Source: Mobula hypostoma
Taxonomy: Eukaryota
DNA: 64,000 nt
Reading direction: 5' to 3'
Assembly (NCBI RefSeq): GCF_963921235.1
Contig: NC_086108.1
Location: forward strand, 23,002,001-23,066,000
The notes beneath the pieces were generated by a model that ran no database searches, had not been told where the DNA came from, and saw nothing but the letters and a program-made list of their open reading frames with translations. Position numbers and translations under genes: made by a program. Each line of letters opens with the position of its first letter. The stretch's first letter is position 1. Below, one piece after another: positions 11,338 to 21,953 of this stretch.

Positions 11338-12889
11338 CTACTGTGGTTCTTTTAGGAATGTCTGGAAATATATGCCTATATTTAAAAATAATTGCTTCAT
11401 CTGCTGCCTCTGCTCTAGCTGTAAATGAGCTAATTTCTCATCAATATTTTCCAGAATTGTTGAGTTTGGTAACCCGGCAGAAATAATGTTGGGTTTAGTA
11501 TGAGTTTCAGATGAATCATCCATCAAGTTCCTAGTGGGATCAGACTCATTATTGTTGACCACAGCAGTCATAGTAGCGGACTGTTTCTCACAATATGGTT
11601 TTATCATATTTATTTGACAAAGCTGTGCTGTCCTTCTTCGATCTGGTGTTTTTATCACATAATCCACATCATTAACTTTAGATATAACCTCATAAGGACC
11701 ATGAAATTTAGCTTGAAAAGGGTTTGTTTGCGGCGGGAAAAGAACCAACATCTTATCTCCAGGCTTAAATGACCTCATTTTAGCTTCCTTATCATATCAA
11801 GTTTTCATTTTCTTCTGAGCCGATTTTAAATTTTCCCTGGCTAAGCTGCAAGCTTTATGTAATCTTTCTTTAAATTTTAAAACATAATCCAGCAAGTTAG
11901 TATGTACCTCTTTATTAATCCACTGTTCTTTTAACAAGGCCAAAGGTCCTCTAACTCTATGCCCAAACACAAGTTTAAAAGGACTAAAACCTAAAGATTC
12001 CTGCACTGACTCCCATACTGCAATCAGAAGTAAATGTACGCCCTCATCCCAATCGTTTTCATTTTCCACGCAATACGTCCTAATCATGATTTTGAGGGTA
12101 GAATGGAACCTCTCCAAGGCTCCTTGCGATTCTGGGTGGTATGCAGATGAGGTAATCTGTTTGGCTCCCAGTTTATAAACTATCTGCTGGAACAATCCAG
12201 ACATAAAATTGCTACCTTGACCAGATTGTACTTCCTTAGGCAATCCAAAATAAGTAAAGAATTCTATAAGAGCCTTTATTACAGTTTTAGCCATTATATT
12301 CCTGAGTGGCATTGCCTCTGGAAACCTAGAAGCTGTGCACATGATGGTCAGCAAATATTGATAGCGCGCTTTAATTTTTGGCAAAGGGCCCACACAATCT
12401 ACAATAATTTTGGAAAACGGTTCACCAAATGTAGGAATAGGTTGCAGTGGGGCCACTGGAGTAACTTGATTAGGTTTACCCACAATTTGACAAGTATGAC
12501 ACGTTCTGCAAAATGTCGCCACATCTTTTCTTAAACCAGGCCAGTGAAAATGTTTAAAAACCTTGTTCACAGTTTTCTTCACACCTCGATGGCCACTCAA
12601 TGGCATACTATGAGCCAAAGTTAAAATCTCATTCTGATAAACTTTAGGAACTACTACCTGGCGAACAACCTCCCGTTCCTCACTTGCACTTCCTTGCACT
12701 TGATCTCCACTTCCTCGTTAATACTCCCTTCCCAAAACAATATCCTACTGGCACCTTGTCAATTTCACTATCCAGAAGAGCTTGTTCCTTTAATTTGTTA
12801 ATCTCAGGGTCTCTACTCTGCTCTCCTATCATCCTTCTGAAATAGAGACAAATCTTCATGGTCAGACTTACTACAATAATCTTGATCAA
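11338..12889 (-). pseudogene. Integrase of Gmr1-like element
   Basis: HHCC finger (AHSMPLSGHRG...CRTCHTC), IVDCVGPLP, QSGQGSNF (second D mutated), ALERFH, C-terminal FHGPYEV. Confidence 0.93.
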
Positions 12890-13085
12890 ACAATGAAGGT
12901 AAGAAAGTTTCTGTCACATCCTCAAGATTCGAGTCCCGAGTTGAACAGTCATGGGTAGCAGACCCATCCTGCAGATCAATCTTTTTAGCCATAGCTCAGG
13001 TTATAACACAGGAGAAATCCATGTTAGAATCCATCTTTGGTTCCTCAGAGGTGGGCTTTATTGTCAAATGCACTTCAGGAAAAAC

Positions 13086-14625
13086 TTATCCATCTGCTAA
13101 GTCATTTCCTAACAATAGAGAAACATCATTCACGGGTAAACTGGGTTGTAGTCCTACTTTAACAAGTCCTATAACTAACCCTGACCTTAAATTTACCTTA
13201 TGCAAATGTACAGACATAAGGGCACTCCCAACACCTCGTATATAGTTTACCTCACCAATGTCAGACTCATCACTAAACTTTAGAACACTGTCTAACATTA
13301 GTGACTGAGAAGCTCCAGTATCCCTAAGGATTTTTATTGGCACCGGAGTGGATCCCTCTTTCAAGGATACAAATCCTTCGGTTATAAAATGATCATATCC
13401 CCTCTTAACTTGGTCAGACTCTAACAAAGCTTCATTCGAATTTTTCGAACCCTGTGGATTTACAGGTGTTTCAATATGTTGCACACAAGCATCTGGGACT
13501 GCCTCCTTCTCCTTCTCCTTCAATCGGAAACAGTTAGCTATTACGTGACCAGGTTTCTTACAATAATTACAACTAGGGCCAAAATGTCTTTCCTTCACAA
13601 GTTTCCCTTCATCCTTACCTTTTACACTAACTTCTGATTTAATTTCTGGTTTACCTTGACTCTCTGTGCTATTTTTCCTTTTAAAAGTTCTACCTGGAGG
13701 AAATTCACTCTTACAGATTAAAGCATTCTCACCTGCTAATATAGTAAACTCCTTCAATGTAGCAGTGTCCCTCTCATTTAAATATATCCTTCAACAGGGA
13801 TGCTCCTTTTAAATTCCTCCATTAAAATCTTTTAATTTATTATTCTCCCCATTCACAATTTTAGAGGAAACCCGTCGCTCAAAACACACAGATTTATCGT
13901 AGGCAAATTCCACGTAAGTTTTTTCTATGGATTTCTTCAAATTTCTGAATCTTTCTCTATAAGCTTCCAGAACCGGTTCATACGCTTTCAGTATCTGCTG
14001 CTTCACAATATCATAATCAAGTGCTTGCTCAGCAGTTAAATCTGTGTAAGCTTGTTGTGCCTTACCTTTATTTACACTTTATAACATTACTGGCCATTTA
14101 TTTTTTGGCCACCCTGAAATCAGAGCAGTAGTTTTGAAATGCTGGAAATATTTATCCACTTCTGTCTCATTAAATGGAGGAGCCAATATAACTTCCTGAC
14201 TAGCAACAAACGGTTTCCTAAAACCAGAGGACTGATTCTCGTACTTTAATTTCTCCAGCGCTAGCTCAAACTCCCTCTTTTTATCTGCTTCTCTAGCTTC
14301 AAATTCCCTTATCCTATCGGCTTCTCTTTCGGCCACCTCCGCTTTAAATAATTCCAACTTTATCTGATCAATATGTAATTGCATCTTTAGATTACCCATT
14401 GGAAACAGATCTAACATTTCTTTATCAAAATCACCCGAATTTATAATATTCTGCTATTTTCTTCTGAATTACTGGCTTTGTTGTAACCTTCAAAATTCCT
14501 TTATGGTCCAACCTTCTAGCAATCTCAGATACATCATTCTTTTTCGCCTTTGCTAATACCTCCGGGTTTGGCGTTGCCATAAACTCGTCAATATTCATTG
14601 CTGCCGAATACCACCCACGGACCAA
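13086..14625 (-). pseudogene. gag (SCAN-like, CCHC) and protease of Gmr1-like element
   Basis: ILKAYEPVLEAYRERFRNL, CNYCKKPGHVIANC, ILRDTGASQS, LLLGNDLA. Confidence 0.88.
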
Positions 14626-15621
14626 TCAAACAAAAGAATCAGGTATTTCCCTTTTTCAAATCAGATTGATAATTAAACATGCACTTAAGCTCAAAATTGG
14701 AACAACCAGACGAGCCCACAATTTTGTTATGTGGTCAGCAACAGTGAAATATATAATTGAGTCAGATTTTACAAACAAACATAAACATTTATTAAACTCT
14801 GCTGAACAATAGCGAAAAGTATTCAAACAACAAACTTAACCGGAAATTAACTGCTATACGGCAACTCTGGAACAGTTCTTTCAGTGGTAAATTTGCACAT
14901 AGTCTCAAAGTGGTAAAATTGAAAGTCCAAGTGATTTATACAGTCAGTAAGGAGAGACTTCTCTGGAAATGGATTTCTTCGAAGACGTGACGTTACTGCT
15001 GGTCCTGTTCAAAGGATTCACGACGAAAGAAATAGAACGGCTTAAAGAAACTGATCTTTTTCCTGGATGGTGAACACTGCACAAACCTTCCTGATCTTGC
15101 AGGAGTTATCTCAGACGCAGGCCACTATTCCTGAACAAAGATTCAATAAGGTTGGCCCTTTATGAAACTGCCGAATGACAGCAACTTTACTCAATCCTTT
15201 GGGTTCCTGTACTTTGGTAAGGTCTTCACTCTCCAATAGTAGACTGTAAAGGTAAATCAAAGGTACACCAAACAAAAACTGGCAGCGATTGGCGAAACTG
15301 CCGATACAACGTTTGTACCTTACAATAGAAAGTAAAAACTCCACTTTAAAATGAAACTGCGTCCTGAAACGAATACGCAGCAAAACAACTAACGAATTGA
15401 CTGATGAACTAACTGCGTAACAACAGGGGTTTCCTGTTATATACCTGTTGGGAGCATGCCATCATGTGACCTTACACTGGCGGCAAAGTACGTCATGTAA
15501 CCTCACACCGGCAGGAAAATTACATCACCCCACCATCACAAGAGAATTACATCATGCTCACAAGATACTCAATAACATCATGTCATAAGACAGTCACAAG
15601 ATACCCACGAGGTATGTAACA

Positions 15622-16563
15622 CAACGGAATAGTCCAGTCATTCTTACTTTGTTTATTTTCACAAAGCACATCTATATAAAATTCCTCACGTTCATCTTCA
15701 AACACAGCATTTACTTGTTTCATTTTATTTTCCTTCTTTCTACTTTTACAACAGCGTGAAAAATGAGTAATCTTACTGCAGATATTGCAAATTTTGCCAT
15801 ATGCGGGACCTTGATTTGGACAATGTTCCCGCGCACAGCAATCATATAACCTTTTTCCTTCCAATGTCGTCTTGCTCTCTGTTGGTTTCATCGACTTATT
15901 ATTATATTTCTTGATGTATTCGTGCTTTTTTACAGTGTTTACATTGCAGTTTTCGATAAAAAGCTCTTCAGTCTGCAACGTCACAGTCTCAGAAGCTTTG
16001 CAAAGTGCCATATCTTTTGCAAAATTTAAATCTTGCTCTCTCAACAGTCTTTCTCTCAGAGCATTATCTCAATGCCACAGACAAGTCTATCTTTAATGAG
16101 AGAGTCCGTGAGCAATCCAAACTCGCATGTTCTACTACACTTTCTTAACTCAGTAACATACTGATCAATTGTTTCAGCAACTCTCTGCGCACATGTGAAG
16201 AATTTATATCGCTCATACGTTAAATTACGCTTAGGTATACAAAACACTTCAAATCTGTCCATTATCAACTTTAAATTAAAATTATCTCCATCTTCAAAGA
16301 CAAAATTATTATATACCTCTACTGCGTCATTCCCAATTACATAGAGCAAAAGCGCAGGTTTGTTTTTTTTCCGATTTTTCTTCATAATCGATCACCGATA
16401 AGTACAGTTCAAACTGTGGCTTGAATATCCTTCAATTCTCGGCTACATTGCCAGTCAGCTGCAATTTTGGTGGGAGTTGTAAACTTTCGATTTTACCGTT
16501 TACAGTTCGAACTGTTTTTTTCTTCTTTCTTTTTTTGATTATCTTCGATACTCGATTCTCCCA
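15622..16563 (-). pseudogene. gag of outer LTR element (frameshifted)
   Basis: LQLTGNVAEN*RIFKPQFELYL, PKRNLTYERYKFF, LIKDRLVCGI, PAYGKICNICSKITHFSRCC. Confidence 0.88.
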
Positions 16564-16579
16564 TATTATTCTTCCAGAA

Positions 16580-16594
16580 CCACTTCTGACACCA
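16580..16594 (-). promoter_or_regulatory. Primer-binding site complementary to tRNA-Leu 3' end
   Basis: tggtgtcagaagtgg directly after the 5' LTR; complementary to recalled ...CCACUUCUGACACCA. Confidence 0.8.
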
Positions 16595-16786
16595 TGTTAT
16601 GTTACTTCTGTTTAAACGTACCGTGGGTTAACAGTAAAGAATCATATTCTGGAAGAATTAGAGAACTTTTATTTGCAGTAATAAACAAACACGTCTTAAC
16701 CCAGCCACGTGCTGGACATTCTGCAATCTCGCGTATGCTCAGTGCTCTGTCCAATCATGTACTGGCATATCATTGATATCACCACA
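16595..16786 (-). repeat. 5' LTR of outer element
   Basis: TG...CA termini; matches 7803-7995. Confidence 0.92.
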
Positions 16787-16967
16787 GCCCCCTCACCGTT
16801 CTCTTGTACCTTTAATTGCCCTAGTCACACTCTCCTCTCTGGTCTCTACTCCTCACATTATACACTACTCCCTCAACCTTCCTCCTCTCAGCTCACTCCC
16901 CTCATTCTCCCCACTCCCCATGCGCTGCACCACTTGTTGCCTCATTCACTGTTGCTGCACCAAGTCA

Positions 16968-17233
16968 GCAGTCACAAGGTAGTGTAGCGGTCAGCGAGAC
17001 ACCATTACAGCCCGGAGTCGCTGGAGTTCGGAGTTCAGTTCCGGCATCCCCTGTAACCATGTGGGTTTCCTCCAGGTGCTCCGGTTTCCTCCCACAGTCC
17101 AAAGATGTACCATTTGATAGGTTAACAGGTCATTGTAAATTGTCCCATGATTAGGCTAGGGTTAAATTAGTGGGTTGCTGGGCAGCACAGCTCAATGGGC
17201 CAAAAAGGCTGGATCGCTAAATAAAATAAAAAT
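16968..17233 (+). mobile_element. V-SINE
   Basis: A-box-like tagtgtagcgg; V-domain tgggtttcctccaggtgctccggtttcctcccacagtccaaaga; (aaaat)n tail. Confidence 0.8.
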
Positions 17234-17540
17234 GAAATATCACCTGACCTGCTGAGCTGCTCCAGAAGTTTGCTGGGTTTTTTTGTGAATTGCTTCAGAA
17301 ATTCAGACCTTTGGTTTGGATTTGGTGTATTATTGTAATATGTACTGAGATATAGTGAAAAACTTAGTTCTGTGCACTATCCATCAGTGCACTGAGAGAA
17401 AATCAATAAGAGAATGCAGAATATAGTGTTGTAGTTTCAGAGAGAGTGCTGTACAATTCTGTCTATTACATTGCAGGCTGTACTATGCACATAATGGGCA
17501 GAATGCACAGTCTATATCAATTTGCACTGACAAATTTCAG

Positions 17541-17719
17541 GCAACTGTAGGACAGGACACAAGAGACATTTTTCTTCTCAAGGTGACTCTGGAATACAGA
17601 GCTGCAGAGGCTGTGCTAACATTTAGTAGCTTCCAGAGGGAAATTAACGCTGTGGGAAATGTCCAGCCACAGGGGACAAGACAATTGCTTGAGGAGGGTA
17701 AACACCAGTTTCAAGAAAG
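17541..17719 (+). CDS. Candidate internal coding exon of unidentified gene
   Basis: Branch-like cactgac, acceptor tttcAG, donor aag|GTgaga; 179 bp open only in phase 0: ATVGQDTRDIFLLKVTLEYRAAEAVLTFSSFQREINAVGNVQPQGTRQLLEEGKHQFQE. Confidence 0.4.
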
Positions 17720-18116
17720 GTGAGAGACAAAGAAGCAAAGACTTTTTCCTTTCATTCATGCCTTTTACTCAGACATTGGTCCCTGAGAGAATATTGTTGG
17801 GCTTTGGATTAGTCCCATTCTCCCACAGTGCTACATGATGGGAATTGCTAGGAGCTTTTTCCAGCCACGTTCTTGTAGCACTGATAGATTTCTGAGTGGA
17901 GGTTGGTGTAATACAGCAGCACGTTCAGTGCATTTGACCATGTTCAGTGTGCACTCCACAAGGTAGTTGCTGCACACTGTAACAAAGAGAGCGGACCCTA
18001 CAGTACTGATAATGCATTCTGCAGTACATTTGGCATACATTCCAACTGTGCAGTGTAGATGACATGTACTGCACATGAACTACGGTGAAAATGGTGCACA
18101 CAGTGTGCATTTGTTG

Positions 18117-18409
18117 TAATGCAGCGTGGTTAATACGTAGTGCGCACATAATACATAACGCAGTGTGGTTAATACGTAGTGCGCACATAACACATAACGC
18201 AGCGTGGTTAATACGTAGTGCGCACATAATACATAACGCAGCGTGGTTAATACGTAGTGCGCACATAACCCATAACGCAGCGTGGTTAATACGTAGTGCG
18301 CACATAACCCATAACGCAGCGTGGTTAATACGTAGTGCGCACATAACGCATAACGCAGCGTGGTTAATACGTAGTGCGCACATAACACATAACGCAGTGT
18401 GGTTAATAC
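18117..18409. repeat. 39-bp minisatellite, about 7.5 copies
   Basis: Unit taacgcagcgtggttaatacgtagtgcgcacataacaca, near-identical copies. Confidence 0.95.
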
Positions 18410-18804
18410 TATAATGGAGACGGTGAGCTCAGCAACCTTAGTACACCGGAGAGGGGACAGCAGTGGGGGTGGGGGGAACTAACCGAAGGAGAGCTAACCA
18501 GACAAGCTGCTTTGTCCTGGATCCTGCCAATCTTCTGTTGTGAGAGGTGCTCACTCAGCTGAGTTGAGGGAGGGATTTCCTCTCACACTCAAAGACTGAG
18601 AATAAGAAGTCCTGACATTAATGATTGTACCTCATTAATAAATCAGCCACCAGACTAATCATGTCAAATACATCAGGCTGTTCCCAAAGGTTGCATTAAT
18701 ATTTGTTCTTCTGAGTGTAACAAACTGCCAAATGGAAACCATGTCCAGAGGCATTATTGCTATATGGATATTTACTAGTTAAATTTTAATTATTTTTATA
18801 CTTT

Positions 18805-19025
18805 TAGAGATACAGTATGCTAACAGGCCCTTCCAGCCCAATGAGCCTGCACTGCCCAATTACACCAATTAACTTACTAATTCTTAACTTACTTACTTTG
18901 GACTGCGGAGGAAACCAGGGAGAGACGCATGGGATCAAAGAGAAAACGTACAGGCAGCCGCAGGAATTGGCCCAGGTTGCTGGAGCTGTAATGGCGTGAT
19001 GGTAACTGCTATGCTACTGCGCTGC
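18805..19025 (-). mobile_element. V-SINE-like element, degenerate
   Basis: acaggcccttccagccca...tttggactgcggaggaaacc is the reverse complement of the V-SINE body and tail. Confidence 0.6.
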
Positions 19026-19139
19026 TCACAGACATGCATTTATAGGTGTACAGTCATTAATAAAATTATGCTCCAAACTACAGCTTCTGTGCAATTCTGA
19101 TAATTCAATTAACAAATATAAAAAATTATCATCTGTCAA

Positions 19140-19800
19140 AATTATCGAAATAATAAATTCTAAATAATAATGAACAGCATTGACAAGGTGCTGCAACCAA
19201 AGGAAAAGATGTGATAGTGAGATGCCTCGAAACTACTAATTTGATTGAGTCGTGCTAGGAGTGAACAAGAGAAGTTTGACTCGTTTATTGAAGATCGTTG
19301 AAGGTGAGTCTGGTGGAGATGAAGAACGAATGCAGAGTATTTGGATTTCGAGAAGGTCCCACACAGTAAGCTGGTGAATATTGTTAGGGTCACATATGAC
19401 ACACATTGGCGTGAACTGAGTGTTGGTTAATAAATAGGAAAGAAAGCAAAGGAATAAATATATCCTCAGCTCAGCAGCCTGTCAGTAGTTTGGTACCACA
19501 GGGATTAATCCATTGGTATCAACTATTCACACAATCTGTTTGAAGCGGAAAAAAAACTAATATTTCCATGTTTATTGATTTCATGAAACTAAGTGCAAAC
19601 ATGAGTAGTTGTGAGCATGCAAGGGATCTATACGGATCACAGAGTGGGCAATGGCACACAGATGGAATACCACATGGAAAAGCTGGAGGTTGTCCACTTC
19701 AGCAGAGAAGGTGTTGTATATTTTTGGCTGGAGAATTTTCGACGTTCTATGTGACCTAAGTCTCTTTGTATAGGTGACTGAAGAGCAAGTGCTTAGACAT
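19140..19800 (+). mobile_element. Old CR1-like RT fragment
   Basis: tatttggatttcgagaaggtcccacac and ggtaccacaggga resemble the YLDF..KVPH and GVPQG motifs. Confidence 0.55.
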
Positions 19801-21360
19801 GGACAGTGACTGTTTAACACTGACTGTACAGCTGGGTCCTCTGTACAGAAACTGACTAAGTGTGGCCCTGTTTGAAAATATGTGTTGCAGCTTGATCAGC
19901 ACCAGTATTTGAGACATGTTTAACATGCTTTATGTTAAACCTTCCACCATGCACTCCCCTAACCCCACATCTTGGTGAATAAAACCAGGCAGCTAAATTA
20001 GCCAGAATCCACTTGTGAAGGTAAATTTGTCCATTATATTTCCAAGCAAATTGTCAGCATAGTGACATTAACAGCAAGAGGTCAGTGCAGCAACATGGTG
20101 AAATGAAATGAAAATACAAATGAGAACACAGAGGATTTGCAGGAAGCTCTTGTGTGAACCATCTTCTTTCTAGTACCTTGTATTCTGCACTGTTTGATGG
20201 GGTGGTAATGCTTCTGACATTTGGCAAATTATTCCTTATAGGAGTTCTTTTTGCACAAAATGACTTCCAATGTTGTTGCTATTACAGCTCACAAAGACAT
20301 TTGGATGGGTACATGGATAGGAAAAGATCACAGATGTTGGATTCTGACGTATTTAATCTAAGGCTCCTTCAGATGTCAACTGGTAATCCATTGTCATTCT
20401 CCTTTAATAGGTTCTATCTTCAGTCCTGCGTGTTTTCACTCCCCTGGCCTTTATTGGAGGAAGCTGTGATATATAGTAGCTGTCAATCCTATTGTTTCAT
20501 CACTATCATCTTTATTTGAGTCAATAGAGGGCGCTGTAGATTCCACGCCATGTCCATCCTGTAGTTCCTTAGAGTTAAGATGCTGGTGCTGTCCCTGAGG
20601 ACTGTCCAACGTGGGCTGAAATTTCTCAGAGTTCGGATATGGGGCTATCTTGGAGCCATGGATGAATCAGGAGGTACATCGTCTGCTAAAGGCTAGATCT
20701 GTGGCATTCAAGTCTGGCAACCCAGGCCTGTACCAGAAAAACAGGTATGATTTGCAGAGGGCTATTTCAAGGGCAAAAGACAATTTCAAATGAGGTTGGA
20801 GGCGACATTGGATGCACGGCATCTTTGGCAGGGTCTGCAAGACATTACTTTCTACAAAGCAAACCCAATAGCATGAATGGCAGCAATGCTTCACTACCAG
20901 ATGAACTCAATGCCTTCTATGCACGCTTTGAAAACACAACTACAGATGTGAAGATCCCTGCTGCACCTGATGACCCTGGTATTTCTGTCTCAGAGGCCAA
21001 TGTTAGATTGTCTTTAAAGAGAGTGAACCCTCGCAAGGCGGAAGGTCCTGATGGAGTACCTGGTAAGGCTGTGAAAATCTGTGCCACAACTAGCGGGAGT
21101 ATTCAAGAACATTTTCAACCTCTCACTGCTATGGGCAGAAGTTCCCACTTGCTTCAAAAAGGCAACAGTTATACCAGTACCTGAGAAGAATAATGTGGGC
21201 TGCCTTAATGAATATCGCCCGGTAGTACTCACATCAACAGTGATGAAATGCTTTGAGAGGTTGGTCATGACTATACCGAACTCCTGCCTCAGCAAGGACC
21301 TGGGCCCATTGCAATTTACCTATCGCCACAATAGGTCAATGGCAGACGCAATCTCAATGG

Positions 21361-21953
21361 TGTCATGGTCCCGGCTGCCCCTCCCATTTATTCCTTATGT
21401 TCTCCTAATTCCCTTTCCCCCATGTTTCTCCTGCCCCCGGGTTTCCTGATTGCGGCGCACCTGAATCTCATCTAACCTGCAGCATAATTACCCCAGCTTT
21501 CCATCCACTCATCGCCAGATCGTTGCTTCAACCCGTGTGGCAGTTCACATTCTAGGCCGCTAAGAATTGTGCATTCTAAGTTTTGTTTCTGTGCTGTTGT
21601 TTGCCTGTGTTAACTCTGTCTCTCCGTGTTAACAGCAGCATGGCATGCTGACTGCCTTCCCGTTCATCCTCCTGCCTGCCATTCTCCTCCAGCCACGCTC
21701 GCACCCTTGTCTGCATCCCTGCTCTGCCTCGTCCTGCCACCCACCTACACTCTCCGCTGGTTCAGTGGTTAAACACCACGCTGTCACCACGGTGACCCGG
21801 GTTCGACCCCTGGTCAAGCCTCGCCCTCCCCTCTGCTTTCTGCGGCCTAATCCTCACTCCCCTGCCTTCCCTGCAGCCATTGATAAACACTCTTCAGAAA
21901 ACTCTACCTCTGGGTCAGTGTCCTGTGTTTGGATTCACCCGTTCATCGCAACA
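21361..21953 (+). mobile_element. Solo LTR (593 bp) inserted in the Rex1 LINE
   Basis: tgtca...aaca termini; 5-bp TSD aatgg at 21356-21360 and 21954-21958; LINE frame ADAISM|ALHMAL restored on removal; strand inferred from the internal tRNA-like segment. Confidence 0.85.
21751..21820 (+). promoter_or_regulatory. tRNA(Glu/Asp)-derived segment with Pol III A and B boxes inside the LTR
   Basis: A box TGGTTCAGTGG, B box GGTTCGACCCC, anticodon-loop-like ctgtcac; colinear with recalled tRNA-Glu. Confidence 0.7.

Larger units (their letters stand above)
8949..15621 (-). mobile_element. Gmr1-like Gypsy LTR retrotransposon, full length but decayed, nested in outer element
   Basis: ~900-bp TG...CA LTRs 8949-9847 and 14725-15621; TSD caatg/caacg; tRNA-Pro-like PBS tgtgggctcgtctgg; PPT ggagggagg; domain order gag/SCAN-like, CCHC, PR, IN, RT, RNaseH. 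Confidence 0.93.
7803..16786 (-). mobile_element. Non-autonomous Gypsy-type LTR retrotransposon carrying captured host sequence (outer element)
   Basis: ~190-bp direct LTRs 7803-7995 and 16595-16786; 5-bp TSD gcccc (7798-7802, 16787-16791); PBS tggtgtcagaagtgg; PPT aaggaaaggaaga; gag, CCHC, protease FKLDSG and integrase C-terminal tail present; no own RT, RNaseH or DDE core. Confidence 0.92.

Noticed and set aside
9334..15383. Duplicated 90-aa ORFs (9334-9606 and 15111-15383) as a gene pair
   Set aside because: Both lie within the two LTR copies of the nested element; no recognisable domain
18117..18409. CRISPR-like array or repeat-protein ORFs (CALRINHAAL...)
   Set aside because: Units are contiguous with no unique spacers and no cas genes, in eukaryotic context; the ORFs result from a 39-bp unit
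21751..21820. Functional tRNA gene
   Set aside because: Acceptor and anticodon stems pair poorly and there is no T-run terminator; kept only as a tRNA-derived segment
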